Shown: piece after piece, positions 19,446 to 30,153 of the stretch | Layout: every line of letters begins with the position of its first letter | How positions within the stretch are numbered: the stretch's first letter is position 1 | NCBI GenBank assembly: GCA_031409335.1 | Contig: JANNWY010000095.1 | Location: 1-64,000 of the forward strand | Origin: Chthoniobacteraceae bacterium | GTDB lineage: Bacteria > Verrucomicrobiota > Verrucomicrobiia > Chthoniobacterales > Chthoniobacteraceae | Direction of reading: 5' to 3' | Length of the DNA: 64,000 bases | Position numbers and translations under genes: made by a program | The notes under the pieces: model-generated | What the model saw: only the letters and a program-made list of their open reading frames with translations | Database searches by the model: none | Told to the model about the DNA's origin: nothing

Positions 19446-20771
19446 ATGAGCCAGCCTGTTCGCGTTCGATTCGCGCCTTCACCCACCGGATATCTGCACG
19501 TCGGAGGAGCGCGCACGGCGCTTTTCAACTGGCTCTTTGCGAAGCATACGGGCGGCAAATTCATCCTCCGTGTCGAGGATACCGACAAGGCGCGCAACAC
19601 GGCGGAAGCGTTGCAGGTCATCTACGACGGGTTGCGCTGGCTGGGGCTGGATTGGGATGAAGGTCCGCAGGTCGGCGGGCCTCACGGGCCGTATTGCCAG
19701 AGTGAGCGTGAGGCGGTTTATCAGCGTTACTTCGACCGGCTGAAGGACGGCAATTTTCTCTACGACGACGGCGGCGCGTGGCGCTTTCGGTTTGCCCGCG
19801 AGGTGGTGGAAGTCGATGACCTGATTTGCGGCAAGGTGCCGTTTGATTTCAACAATCTGGAGATCACGCCGGATATGACGATCCGCCGGCCGGATGGCTC
19901 TTGGATTTTTCATTTCGTGAATGTGGTCGATGACATCGAGATGGAAATCACGCACGTCATTCGCGGCGAGGATCACCTTTCCAATACGCCGAAACATCTC
20001 CAGCTCTTCCGCGCGCTCGGCGCGGAGCCGCCGCGCTACGGGCACATCCCGCTCATCTTGAACAAGGACGGCTCGAAGATGAGCAAGCGCGATCAGGGCG
20101 CGAGCATCACGAGCTATATCGACGGCGGTTACGTGCCGGCGGCGGTGCGGAATTATCTGTGCCTGCTCGGCTGGTCGCCGAAGGATGATCGCGAGAAGCT
20201 CGACCTTGATGAAATCGTGCGGCTGTTCGAGCCGTCGAAGATCAATCGCAAGGCGGCGCAATTCGACATCGAGAAATGCAACTGGCTGAACTGGCAGTAT
20301 CTCGTGGCGATGTCGCTCGACGAGTTCACGGATGCCGCGCTGCCTTTCATCGAAAAAGCGGGAATCCCATTTGGAACGCGGGCCGCGCTGGTGCCGGTGC
20401 TCGCGATGGTGAAAGAGAAAATCAAACAGCTTCCGGAGACGCCGGGCTGGCTGCCGTATTTTTTCGCGGACGAGTTTGTTTTTGAAAAAGACGCGGAGGA
20501 GAAATTGAGGAAACCCGGCGCGCTCGAAACGCTCGCGTCCTTGCGTGAAGGTTATGCTTCGCTCGCCGAATGGAACGCCGCCTCGCTCGAAGCGAAGCTC
20601 AAGGAACTGGCGAAGGCGCGTGGCGTGAAAGCCGGGGAACTCGTGCATCCCGCGCGCGCCGCGGTGAGCGGGCGGACCGTCGGGCCGAGCCTGTATCACA
20701 TGCTCGAAGTGCTCGGGCGCGAGCGTGTGCTGGCGCGGATGGATCGAGCGGCGTCGATGTTCGCGGGATGA
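19446..20771 (+). CDS. gltX: Glutamate--tRNA ligase
   Basis: RFAPSPTGYLHVGG (HIGH), IRGEDH, KMSKR motifs. Confidence 0.95.
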   Translation: MSQPVRVRFAPSPTGYLHVGGARTALFNWLFAKHTGGKFILRVEDTDKARNTAEALQVIYDGLRWLGLDWDEGPQVGGPHGPYCQSEREAVYQRYFDRLKDGNFLYDDGGAWRFRFAREVVEVDDLICGKVPFDFNNLEITPDMTIRRPDGSWIFHFVNVVDDIEMEITHVIRGEDHLSNTPKHLQLFRALGAEPPRYGHIPLILNKDGSKMSKRDQGASITSYIDGGYVPAAVRNYLCLLGWSPKDDREKLDLDEIVRLFEPSKINRKAAQFDIEKCNWLNWQYLVAMSLDEFTDAALPFIEKAGIPFGTRAALVPVLAMVKEKIKQLPETPGWLPYFFADEFVFEKDAEEKLRKPGALETLASLREGYASLAEWNAASLEAKLKELAKARGVKAGELVHPARAAVSGRTVGPSLYHMLEVLGRERVLARMDRAASMFAG

Positions 20772-21664
20772 AGGAAGTCTATACGCTCGAAGATTTGCGG
20801 CGCTGGCCAGCAGAACAGCCGCCGCTGCGACTCGCGGTTTGTGGCGATCCAGTGGCCCATTCCGCCTCGCCGCAAATGCACAATGCGGCGCTCGCGGAAT
20901 GCGGGATCGACGCGCGCTACACGCGGTTGCATCTTCGCGCGGAGGAAATCGCCGACGCGTTTCGTCTGCTTCCAGCGATCGGTTTCATTGGCGTAAATTG
21001 CACGATCCCGCACAAGTTCGCCGCGCTCGCGCTCGTGGACCGCGCGGACGATCACGCGCGCCGGATTGGCGTCGTGAACACGGTCGTTGTCGAAGGCAAC
21101 CAGCTCGCTGGCTACAATACCGACGGCCCCGGCCTCGTGCGTGCGATCCGCGCGGAACTCGGCGTCGCGCTGCGCGAATTGCGCGTGATGATCCTCGGCG
21201 CCGGCGGTGGCGCGGGCCGGGCGATCGCGATGCAATGCGCGATCGAGCAGTGCCCGCGGATCACGCTCGTGAATCGCACGCGCGAAAAACTCAACCCGCT
21301 CGTCGCGGAACTGGGCGCGTTTTTTCCCGGAGAAAACCTGGCCGCCACCGACTTCGAGACCGGCTCGATCAAGACGCAGTTGGCGCAAAGCGATCTCATC
21401 ATCAATTGCACGTCGCTCGGCATGAAACCCGACGAGCCTTCACCGATACCCGGCGACCTGATCGAGCCGCGTCACTTTCTCTACGACACGATTTACACCG
21501 CCGCGCGCACGCCGCTGCTGCTCGCGGGCGATGCCGCCGGAGCGCGCGGCACCAACGGATTTTCAATGCTCCTGCATCAAGGCGCGCTCGCTTTCGAGAT
21601 TTGGTTTCAGCGCGACGCTCCGCTCGAAGTCATGCGCGCGGCTTTGCTCGGCCCGGCGAAATAA
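20768..21664 (+). CDS. aroE: Shikimate dehydrogenase
   Basis: GDPVAHSASP, NCTIPHK, VNT, NTDG, GAGGGA, NRT, MLLHQG motifs. Confidence 0.95.
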   Translation: MKEVYTLEDLRRWPAEQPPLRLAVCGDPVAHSASPQMHNAALAECGIDARYTRLHLRAEEIADAFRLLPAIGFIGVNCTIPHKFAALALVDRADDHARRIGVVNTVVVEGNQLAGYNTDGPGLVRAIRAELGVALRELRVMILGAGGGAGRAIAMQCAIEQCPRITLVNRTREKLNPLVAELGAFFPGENLAATDFETGSIKTQLAQSDLIINCTSLGMKPDEPSPIPGDLIEPRHFLYDTIYTAARTPLLLAGDAAGARGTNGFSMLLHQGALAFEIWFQRDAPLEVMRAALLGPAK

Positions 21665-21728
21665 AAGCGGCGGTTCCCGCGATTGCATTCCGCGCCTAAT
21701 CCCGCTTCCCTCGCGGGATTCTCTCGCC

Positions 21729-23054
21729 ATGAAACTTCCCGCCCGCCGCACTCTCGCCGTCCTCACTTTCGTCTGCACCGTACTTTGCGCGCGCGCCGAA
21801 AACTGGGGCCAGTGGCGCGGCCCGAATTTCAACGGCTCCTCGCCCGAGAAAAATCTACCTTCGACGTGGAGCGGCACCGAGGGCGTGAAATGGAGCACGC
21901 CGCTGCCCGGTGCGAGCGGAGCGACGCCGGCGGTTTGGGGCGATTCCGTGTTTGTCTCGACGCCCGATGACAACAAAGACCTGCTGCTTTTCTGCCTCGA
22001 TCGGAAGGACGGAAAAGTGCGCTGGAAGAAACCGCTCTCGACCGGAAACATCACGCCGAGAGGCGGTCGTGGAAACATGGCCTCACCCTCACCCGTAACC
22101 GATGGGAAAAGCGTCTTCGCGTTCTACGGCAACGGCGATCTCGCGGCGTTGGATTTCAACGGAAAAATCCTCTGGCAGCGCAACCTCGGCGCGGACTACG
22201 GACGCTTCGCGATCATGTGGGGGTATGGCTCCAGCCCGCTGCTTTTCGGTGGAAAGCTCTACATTCAAGTGCTGCAACGCACGCCCGCGCCTAGCGACTA
22301 TCCAAACATGGCCGGCGGTGATGGCGACCGCGAAAGCTATCTGCTCGCGCTGAATCCCGCGGACGGAACAACGCTTTGGAAACATGTGCGCCCGAGCGAT
22401 GCGCGGATGGAATCCATGGAGAGCTACGCGTCGCCCGTGCCACACATCGGCGCGGATGGAAAAGTGCAGCTCCTCGTCGTCGGTGGCGATTGCATCAGCG
22501 GACACGACGCGGCGACGGGCGCGGAATTGTGGCGCGGCCTCGGGCTGAATCGTAAACGCGGCGAGTGGATGCGCATCGTGCCGAGTGCGGTGAGCGTCGG
22601 GGGAATGGCGATCGCGTGCGGGCCAAAGAAGGAGCCGCTGATCGCGTTTCGCACGGACATGAGCGGCGACATCACGGAAAAAGGGGTGGCTTGGAGCTTG
22701 GACGACAAGCAAAGCCCGGACGTTTGCACACCGGCGTTTTACGAAGGAAAACTTTTCAGCCTGAACGGCGACTCGCAAACGCTCACGTGCCTCGATCCCG
22801 CCACGGGCAAGGCGAAGTGGCAGGGCAATCTCGGCGATCGCACGGTGATCCGCAGTTCGCCGACCGCGGCGGATGGGAAAATCTACATCGTGAATGAAAA
22901 GGGCACCGTCTTCGTGTGCGGCGCGGGCGATGAATTCAAAATCCTCGCGACGATCCCGATGGGCGGCGCGGAGGCGACACGCTCGTCGATCGCCGTCGCG
23001 AGCGGCCAGCTTTTCATCCGTCTGCCAGAGCGGATCGTCTGCGTCGGGAAGTAG
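21729..23054 (+). CDS. PQQ-binding-like beta-propeller protein (PVC-type)
   Basis: Signal peptide, ENWGQWRGP, repeated G...W propeller motifs. Confidence 0.88.
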   Translation: MKLPARRTLAVLTFVCTVLCARAENWGQWRGPNFNGSSPEKNLPSTWSGTEGVKWSTPLPGASGATPAVWGDSVFVSTPDDNKDLLLFCLDRKDGKVRWKKPLSTGNITPRGGRGNMASPSPVTDGKSVFAFYGNGDLAALDFNGKILWQRNLGADYGRFAIMWGYGSSPLLFGGKLYIQVLQRTPAPSDYPNMAGGDGDRESYLLALNPADGTTLWKHVRPSDARMESMESYASPVPHIGADGKVQLLVVGGDCISGHDAATGAELWRGLGLNRKRGEWMRIVPSAVSVGGMAIACGPKKEPLIAFRTDMSGDITEKGVAWSLDDKQSPDVCTPAFYEGKLFSLNGDSQTLTCLDPATGKAKWQGNLGDRTVIRSSPTAADGKIYIVNEKGTVFVCGAGDEFKILATIPMGGAEATRSSIAVASGQLFIRLPERIVCVGK

Positions 23055-23103
23055 GCGAATATCGCGTGCGTTCGCGCGCTTCCCGGCGATAGTCCGCGCC
23101 CTT

Positions 23104-24393
23104 ATGCCATTTAGCGCCCTCGGTCTCGACGCCCTCATTCTCAAAGCCATCCAGGAAGCCGGCTATACCGAGCCGACTCCGATCCAGGCCGCGGCGATCC
23201 CGCTCGTGATCGAAGGCCACGACGTGATCGGCATCGCGCAGACGGGCACGGGAAAAACCGCCGCTTTCACCCTGCCGATCCTCGCGAAACTCGCCGCGGC
23301 AGGCGCGCCGCAGAAACGCGGGACGCGCGTGCTCGTCGTCGCGCCGACGCGCGAACTGGTGGTGCAGATCGAGGAAAATGTGCGCGCTTACGGCAAACAT
23401 TTGCCGCTGCGCATGGCCACGGTTTTTGGCGGTGTCGGCGAGCGTCCGCAGATCGACGCGCTGCGTGGCGGCGTGGACATCATCATCGCGACGCCGGGCC
23501 GGTTGCTGGATCTTTTCCGGCAGGGAAACTTTACCGGCCTGCAATATCTCGTGCTCGATGAAGCCGACCGAATGCTCGACATGGGCTTCCTGCCATCCAT
23601 CCGGCAGATCGTGAAAGGCCTGCCGAAAAACCGGCAGACGCTGATGTTTTCGGCGACGCTCTCGAAGGAGATCGAGACGCTGACGCACGAGTTTCAGCGC
23701 GCACCGAAGATCGTGCAGATCGGCCGCCGCTCGAATCCGGCGGAGACCGTGACGCAGTTCGTTTATGAAGTCGGCAAGCACTTGAAGCCGTCGCTGCTCG
23801 CCCATCTGATGCGCGATCCCGCGCTCGACAGCGTGCTGGTTTTCACCCGCACGAAACACGGCGCGGACCGCGTGGCGCGAAAGCTGGAGAGCACCGGGAT
23901 CAAGACGGGCACGCTGCACTCGAACCGCTCGCAAAATCAGCGTCTGCGCGCGCTGAACGATTTCAAGGCGGGCACGGTGCGCGTGCTCGTCGCCACGGAC
24001 ATCGCCGCGCGCGGCATCGACGTGGATGGCATTTCGCACGTGATCAATTACGACTTTCCTATGCACGCCGAGGACTACGTGCATCGCATCGGGCGCACGG
24101 GCCGCGCAAATCAAGTCGGCGACGCGATCAGCTTTGTGAGTTCCGACGAACACGCGGCGTTGCGGACGCTGGAGCGTTTCATCGGACGCGGCATCGTGCG
24201 GAAACGCGCGGAGGGTTTTAACTACGACCAGGCCGCGCCGCCGATGACCGAAGCCGAGCGCGGTGAGCGGCGTTTTGGCCCGCGGCCCGGTCAGCAGAGT
24301 AGGGGACCGCGGGGTGGTGGTGAGCGCCGCGGCGGTGGCGGTGGTGGGGAACGGCGCGGCGGCTACGGCGGCGGAAGACGGCAGTCGCGCTGA
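23104..24393 (+). CDS. DEAD-box RNA helicase (RhlE-like) with RGG-rich tail
   Basis: GTGKT, PTREL, DEAD, SAT, ARGID, HRIGRTGR motifs. Confidence 0.95.
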   Translation: MPFSALGLDALILKAIQEAGYTEPTPIQAAAIPLVIEGHDVIGIAQTGTGKTAAFTLPILAKLAAAGAPQKRGTRVLVVAPTRELVVQIEENVRAYGKHLPLRMATVFGGVGERPQIDALRGGVDIIIATPGRLLDLFRQGNFTGLQYLVLDEADRMLDMGFLPSIRQIVKGLPKNRQTLMFSATLSKEIETLTHEFQRAPKIVQIGRRSNPAETVTQFVYEVGKHLKPSLLAHLMRDPALDSVLVFTRTKHGADRVARKLESTGIKTGTLHSNRSQNQRLRALNDFKAGTVRVLVATDIAARGIDVDGISHVINYDFPMHAEDYVHRIGRTGRANQVGDAISFVSSDEHAALRTLERFIGRGIVRKRAEGFNYDQAAPPMTEAERGERRFGPRPGQQSRGPRGGGERRGGGGGGERRGGYGGGRRQSR

Positions 24394-24471
24394 TCGAACA
24401 CCTTGAACATAGCGTGACATGCGCGCGCGGGCTGGCTTAGCGTCACCCGCAAATAATCACTCCAATCAGCT

Positions 24472-25014
24472 ATGACTAAATCCTCTGTAATGAAATCGTG
24501 CCTCGTGGTCCTCATTTCCGGTGCATTCGCATCGCCGATTTTCGCCGCGCCCGCCGAGCCGGCCATCGTCGCCGCACCGCCCGGGGTCGCGATCGACTTT
24601 TATCAGGTGAGTCCGACTCGCACCAAGGGCGCGAAATACATCAATACAAAGTCGCTCCCCAAAGTCGGCTATGTCGCGGGAGCGCCTGCGCTGCAGGTCG
24701 AGCGTCTCCGCTCGGTGAAAAAAATCCAGACGACCGTGACGAAGAAGATCGAATCCGCGGACGGTAAAGTCCGCAAGATTTCGAACACGGTCCCGGCGAT
24801 CGAGATGACGCTTTCAAACCCGGACGCGCGGGCTTTCACCGGGCTCATGAAAAAGTCGATCGGGCAGCGCATTCTGATCGAAGCGGAAGGCACGCCGATC
24901 TACGCACCACTGGTGCGCGATGCGACGAGCGCGACGACCATCAGCTTCTCGCTCGCAGACGATGCGCAGCTCGAAGAGGTCTATCGGAAGCTCGCGCGCT
25001 TCGTGAAGAAATAG
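24472..25014 (+). CDS. Secreted protein with SecDF P1 head-like subdomain
   Basis: Signal peptide; AIEMTL...ARAF...KKSIGQRILIEAEG...APLV resembles the SecD P1 head. Start could also be 24490. Confidence 0.6.
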   Translation: MTKSSVMKSCLVVLISGAFASPIFAAPAEPAIVAAPPGVAIDFYQVSPTRTKGAKYINTKSLPKVGYVAGAPALQVERLRSVKKIQTTVTKKIESADGKVRKISNTVPAIEMTLSNPDARAFTGLMKKSIGQRILIEAEGTPIYAPLVRDATSATTISFSLADDAQLEEVYRKLARFVKK

Positions 25015-25029
25015 CGGGCGACTCGCGGC

Positions 25030-27372
25030 TCAATCCACGAACGCAAACTCGTTCGTTTCGAGCAGCACCTGCGCGTATTTTTCCCACTGGCTCAGCGGTG
25101 CCGGGCCGGATGGCTCGCCGGGCTGCGCGAGAAATTTTAGCGCGGCTTCGACTTCCGCGGGCTCGGCGGAGCGCGCGAGGACTTTGGTGTAAAGCTGCTG
25201 CACTTGCGCGGCGGTCGGTTGCGATTCCTTGAAGGCGGGTTGCGCCACGAGCGCGCGCGCCTGCTCGATGACGAACGGGCTGTTCATCAAATAAAGCGCC
25301 TGCTGCGGGACGGTGGTGACGTAACGCTGCGGGCTCGTGGTGTCGGGGCTCGCGAAGTCGAAGGTGCGGAAGACGCCGGGCAGGTTTTGGCGGTCGATGA
25401 AACTGTAAACGGTGCGGCGGCGCGGGGCGGGCTGGGCGCTGATGTCGAACGGGCGTCCGCCGAGCGCGGTGTCGAGGCGGTCGGCCACGCTGAGCAGCGA
25501 ATCGCGCGTGGCCTCAAAGTCAAGGCGGCGGCGGTTCATGCGCCAGACGAGTCGATTCTCGGGATCGGCGAGCGCGGCCTTGGGATTCTCGTCGCTGCTT
25601 TGCTGATACGCGGCGGAGAGCATCATGCGGCGGTGCAGCTTTTTCACCGACCAGCCGTCCTCGACGAAACGCGAGGCGAGCCAGTCGAGCAGCTCGGGAT
25701 GCGTCGGCGCATCGCCGCGCACGCCGAAATCGCCGGGCGTGCGAACGAGCGCCTTCCCAAAGTGGTAGAGCCACACGCGATTGACCAAAACGCGCGCCGT
25801 CAGCGGATTATCCTTCGAGGCGATGGCCTGCGCGAGTTCGAGGCGGCCGCTGCCGTCCTTGAAAGGCTCGGCGTTTTCGCGGGAGAGCACCGTGAGGAAA
25901 CGGCGCGGGACTTTTTCCCCAGGCATTCCGGCGTTGCCGCGCTTGAAAACGTGCGGTTCCACCAGCGGTCCATCGACCATTGCCATCGCCCGTGGTGGCG
26001 CGAGCGGGCCGGCATTCAGCGCATCGATTTTGTTCGCTAGTTCGCGGGCTTTGTCACGTTCGGCGCGATTGATCAGGCCCTTCAAATTTTCGCGCGGAAC
26101 TGCTGGAAGGACCACCGGGATGCCAGTGAGCGCGCTCGAAGCCAGCGCGATTTCGCCGCACTTTTCCGCAAAAAAACGATCGACAGCCTGTTCGAGTTTC
26201 GTGCGCTCCGCCTGATAACGCGAGGCGGTTTCGGGGTCGCTTTCCACGGGCAGGAGCGGGAGATCCTTCGGTTCGACCGACGACGCGAAGACGCCGTAAA
26301 GCGCGTAGTAATCCTTCTGCGAAACCGGATCGAATTTGTGATCGTGGCAGCGCGCGCAGGAAACCGTGAGCCCCATCGTGCCGCGGGCGATGACGTCGAT
26401 TCGGTCGTCGATGATTTCCTGCTGATTGTTCAGAAAGCGCCGACCGAGCGTGAGAAATCCCAGCGCCGCAAGCGGTCGATTGTCGTCCGGTTTGGCGATG
26501 CGGTCCGCGGCGATTTGATGGATGAGAAACTGATCGTACGGCAGGTCGTCATTGAACGCCTTGATGACCCAATCGCGATACGTGTAGGCAAAACCGTAGC
26601 GGCGTTCCTCTTGAAAAACGTAACCCTTCGTATCGGCGTACCGCGCGACATCCAGCCAGTAGCGCCCCCAGCGTTCCCCATAGCGCGGCGAAGCCAGCAG
26701 CCGATCAATCACTTTCGCGAAGGCATCCGGGGCGGTGTCGCTTTCAAACGCGGCCACTTCCGCGGCAGTCGGCGGCAGGCCTGTGAGGTCGAAAGTCGCG
26801 CGGCGCAGCAGCACATATTTTGAAGCCGGCGCGGAAGGTGCGATTCCGGCCGGTTCGAGCTTCGCGAGAATGAAGCGGTCGAGTTCGGATTTCACCCAGT
26901 TTCCGTGATCGGCGATGGCTGGTGCTGCGGAGTCGCGGACCGGTTGAAACGCCCAATGTTTCTTCGCAGCTTCGTCGCGCGCGTTTGGCGCGGCGTTGTC
27001 ACTTTCCGGCCACGGCGCGCCCATCCGAACCCACTCGCTGAGCGCGGCAATCTGCGCGTCCGGCAGCTTGTCCTCCTTCTCCGGCATCTTCGAGTCGCCT
27101 TGATGGCGGATGGATTGGATCAGCGAACTTTCATCCGGCTTGCCGACGACGACGACGGGACCGAGGTCCGTGCCCTTCAGCACCGCAGCGCGCGAATCGA
27201 GCCGCAGTTCGGCCTTTTGTTTTTCCGGCCCGTGGCATTTGTAGCAATGCTCCGCCAAAACCGGGCGCACACTTTTCTCGAAGAATTCCGCCTGCTCCGG
27301 CGGGAGAGCGCGCGCTTCTCCCAGCAGGAGCAGGAGGCAGCCTGTCGATAAAATCTGAAAGCGCTTTGGCAT
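25030..27372 (-). CDS. Planctomycete cytochrome c / DUF1549-DUF1553 (PSCyt1-PSCyt2-PSD1) protein
   Basis: CYKCH, HWAFQP, YGERWGRYWLDVARY, CARCHDHKFDP, HPELLDWLA, PQQAL, NEFAFVD motifs. Confidence 0.93.
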   Translation of the reverse strand: MPKRFQILSTGCLLLLLGEARALPPEQAEFFEKSVRPVLAEHCYKCHGPEKQKAELRLDSRAAVLKGTDLGPVVVVGKPDESSLIQSIRHQGDSKMPEKEDKLPDAQIAALSEWVRMGAPWPESDNAAPNARDEAAKKHWAFQPVRDSAAPAIADHGNWVKSELDRFILAKLEPAGIAPSAPASKYVLLRRATFDLTGLPPTAAEVAAFESDTAPDAFAKVIDRLLASPRYGERWGRYWLDVARYADTKGYVFQEERRYGFAYTYRDWVIKAFNDDLPYDQFLIHQIAADRIAKPDDNRPLAALGFLTLGRRFLNNQQEIIDDRIDVIARGTMGLTVSCARCHDHKFDPVSQKDYYALYGVFASSVEPKDLPLLPVESDPETASRYQAERTKLEQAVDRFFAEKCGEIALASSALTGIPVVLPAVPRENLKGLINRAERDKARELANKIDALNAGPLAPPRAMAMVDGPLVEPHVFKRGNAGMPGEKVPRRFLTVLSRENAEPFKDGSGRLELAQAIASKDNPLTARVLVNRVWLYHFGKALVRTPGDFGVRGDAPTHPELLDWLASRFVEDGWSVKKLHRRMMLSAAYQQSSDENPKAALADPENRLVWRMNRRRLDFEATRDSLLSVADRLDTALGGRPFDISAQPAPRRRTVYSFIDRQNLPGVFRTFDFASPDTTSPQRYVTTVPQQALYLMNSPFVIEQARALVAQPAFKESQPTAAQVQQLYTKVLARSAEPAEVEAALKFLAQPGEPSGPAPLSQWEKYAQVLLETNEFAFVD

Positions 27373-27455
27373 GTCGCCAACGTAACCGCTCCCGCCTCGC
27401 TTTCATTAGCGGAAATGGGGCTGCCGCAGTGTCTGGCTGGGATTCCGCGCGTCGC

Positions 27456-28079
27456 CTAGCGCGGCTGCGGCTGCGACATTTCCGTGCGAAATTTCGGCAA
27501 CTTCGGACCGCCACCGCCACTGACGAGACTGAGCTTTTCCTTCGCGAGCGGAAGCGCCTTTTGCGCGAAAGTCTTGATGTCAGGATCCTCGAATTCCGCG
27601 GCATCGGCGAAGTTGGCGACCGCCTTTTCGTTGAGTGCCACGATCTCCCCGATCCAGGTGCTATCAAACTGATCCGGTGACACCTTCGAGAATTTTCGTA
27701 CGAGCCCGTCCCGCGCGGCGGCGTCGCGGTCCGCGACGTTGATGCCCTTGAGCTGCGCGAGCCTGGAAATCTTGATGTTCTCCTCCTTCTGCGTTTGTGA
27801 AAGGACGTTGGCGAGCGCCTTCACGCGATCGGACTGCGCGCCGCTCGTGGCGAGGCTGGCGAGGAAGACCTGGCTGAGTCCGAGTTCGACGGCATCCGCG
27901 AGAAAGCGGAGATCCTTCCCGCCGATTTCCGAGGAGAAGATCTTTCCGGGCGTGGCCGGTTCAGTCGGTTTTGTGATTGGCGGGAGCAGCGGATGACGCT
28001 TGGGCGTCTTGCGGCCAGCGGCTGCGACCTGGCTGTTGAGAAGCGCGAACGGGATGACGAAGAAGAGGAGAGATTTCAT
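27456..28079 (-). CDS. DUF4142-like (ferritin-like) secreted protein
   Basis: Signal peptide; DLRFLADA...VKALA...FDSTWI...DPDIKTFAQKALP pattern. Confidence 0.7.
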   Translation of the reverse strand: MKSLLFFVIPFALLNSQVAAAGRKTPKRHPLLPPITKPTEPATPGKIFSSEIGGKDLRFLADAVELGLSQVFLASLATSGAQSDRVKALANVLSQTQKEENIKISRLAQLKGINVADRDAAARDGLVRKFSKVSPDQFDSTWIGEIVALNEKAVANFADAAEFEDPDIKTFAQKALPLAKEKLSLVSGGGGPKLPKFRTEMSQPQPR

Positions 28080-28169
28080 CGGTCTGAGAAAATCATATCG
28101 CTGCGCCATGCGCGATTGCGAGGAATTCGGCAGCGGGAGGTTTGCGGGTTGGATCAGGCCGCAGCACAG

Positions 28170-28466
28170 CTAGCCGCCAGCCATCGCGCCCACGATCAAG
28201 AATGGCTCTGCACCGCTGACCACTGGCTCCGGGAGCGGAGTGTCGGATGGTTCGTGCGACAGGTCTTCCTGGCAGGCGAAAAAGCGGACGAATGCCCGGC
28301 GGCGGAGTGTGCCGTGATCGCGGATGGTCCCACGCAGCGCGGGATAGGTGGCTTCCAAGGTATCGAGCACGGCACCGATGGTTGCGGGGCTTGCAACATT
28401 CACCCGCACCTCGTCGCCGACGCGCGCGAGATTGCGCAGATGGTAGGGCAGCACCACCCGGATCAT
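28170..28466 (-). CDS. MoaD/ThiS family ubiquitin-like protein
   Basis: 98 aa beta-grasp pattern ending in AMAGG. Confidence 0.9.
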   Translation of the reverse strand: MIRVVLPYHLRNLARVGDEVRVNVASPATIGAVLDTLEATYPALRGTIRDHGTLRRRAFVRFFACQEDLSHEPSDTPLPEPVVSGAEPFLIVGAMAGG

Positions 28467-29623
28467 GCCAGCGTCTGGACTTCGACTGATAGCACGGCTG
28501 GCAGATCGCGGACGATCGCCTTCCACGAATCGCCGGAATCAGCGGAGCAATAGACCTGCCCGCCGGTGGTGCCGAAGTAGATGCCGCACGAGTCGAGCGA
28601 ATCCACGGCCATGGCATCGCGGAGCACGTTGACGAAGCAGTTCTCCTGCGGCAGGCCGTTCGTGAGCGCCTCCCACTCGTTGCCACCCGTCCGGCTGCGA
28701 TAGACGCGGAGTTTTCCATCCGGCGGGAAGTGCTCGGAGTCACTCTTGATCGGCACGACATAGATCGTCTCGGGTTCGTGAGCGTGGACTTCGATGGGAA
28801 AGCCGAAATCAGTCGGAAGATTGCCGCTCACTTCGTACCACATATCGCCCGCGTTATCGGAGCGCATTACGTCCCAGTGCTTTTGCATGAAGAGCACGTC
28901 GGGCCGCGATGGGTGCATGGCAATGCGGTGGACGCAGTGGCCGACATCGGCATTCGGGTCGGGAAGTTCGTAGGCGGATTTCAAGCCGCGGTTGATGGGC
29001 TTCCAAGTGGTGCCTCCGTCGTCCGTGCGAAAAGCACCCGCCGCCGAAATGGCAGCATAGATGCGCTGGGGATTGGTGGGATCGAGGATGATCGTGTGCA
29101 GGCACATGCCGCCCGCGCCGGGCTGCCAGAGCGTGCCTTTCGCGGCGCGAAGTCCGGGGAGTTCCTGCCATGTCGCGCCGCCGTCCGTGGACTTGAAAAG
29201 CGCCGCGTCTTCGACTCCGGCGAAAACGGTGTCCGGCTCGGTAAGCGATGGCTCCAGATGCCACACGCGCTTGAACTCCCACGGGTGCTGCGTGCCGTCA
29301 TACCACTTATGGGTTCCGACCTCGCCGTCATACGCGAACTTGTTACTCTCGCCGCCGGGCGGAGCGTCGGGGGAAGGCGGTGGCACGCCGTCGGGCGTTG
29401 CCCATGTCTTTCCGCCATCGTCGGACCGCTGGATGACCTGGCCAAACCAACTGCTGGTTTGCGACGCATAAATGCGATCCGGGTTCAGCGGCGAGCCTTT
29501 GAGATGATACATCTCCCAGCCGGCGAAGTGCGGCCCACTTACTTCCCACTGCTCGCGCCTGGCATCGGCGGTGAGGATGAACGCACCCTTCCTGGTGCCG
29601 ACGAGGACTCTTACTTTGCTCAT
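28463..29623 (-). CDS. BNR/Asp-box beta-propeller protein (sialidase/WD40-like, cytoplasmic)
   Basis: Repeated SxDGGxTW Asp-boxes; VLVGTRKG start; no signal peptide. Confidence 0.88.
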   Translation of the reverse strand: MSKVRVLVGTRKGAFILTADARREQWEVSGPHFAGWEMYHLKGSPLNPDRIYASQTSSWFGQVIQRSDDGGKTWATPDGVPPPSPDAPPGGESNKFAYDGEVGTHKWYDGTQHPWEFKRVWHLEPSLTEPDTVFAGVEDAALFKSTDGGATWQELPGLRAAKGTLWQPGAGGMCLHTIILDPTNPQRIYAAISAAGAFRTDDGGTTWKPINRGLKSAYELPDPNADVGHCVHRIAMHPSRPDVLFMQKHWDVMRSDNAGDMWYEVSGNLPTDFGFPIEVHAHEPETIYVVPIKSDSEHFPPDGKLRVYRSRTGGNEWEALTNGLPQENCFVNVLRDAMAVDSLDSCGIYFGTTGGQVYCSADSGDSWKAIVRDLPAVLSVEVQTLA

Positions 29624-29635
29624 GTAGGCAGGGAG

Positions 29636-30019
29636 TTAGTTGCTGAGACTCGCGAAGGCTTTGCGACCGACCCACAGGAGGTAAAGGGCGAGAAGCACGA
29701 TCACGATTAACATCGGGTCAGCAAGGCTCTGGCCTTTCATGATGAAGACATGGAAGGCGAGGATGTTCACGACGATGGGTCCAAGGATGAGCAGGCCGAA
29801 ATTCCGGGTGCGCGGGATGGCAACCAGGATGCCTCCCAGGAGTTCCAGCACTTTGACAAACGTCATGTAACCCGTCGGGCCAAACGCGCCGAAGAACATC
29901 GCGGCTGGCGTGTCCGCCTGAGGAGGCGGCATCTGGACGAGGTTGAAGAGAACCACGACGGAAGACATGACGAAGAGCAGGCCGAGCAAAATGCCGGCGA
30001 TGGTGGGTGCGTATTTCAT
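29636..30019 (-). CDS. DoxX-like membrane protein
   Basis: Four TM segments, ELLGG and PIVVNILAFH motifs. Confidence 0.75.
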   Translation of the reverse strand: MKYAPTIAGILLGLLFVMSSVVVLFNLVQMPPPQADTPAAMFFGAFGPTGYMTFVKVLELLGGILVAIPRTRNFGLLILGPIVVNILAFHVFIMKGQSLADPMLIVIVLLALYLLWVGRKAFASLSN

Positions 30020-30153
30020 GGGATTGTGGAGGCGGATGGTTGGTGGCGGCGCGGCTGGACACCAGCTTCGTATTGCTTAGTTGGTTGCTTTCACATTTGC
30101 AAAACCCATCGTTCCACCGGCAAAGGTTGCGGCTTTGCGGTTGTTGGTAAAAC

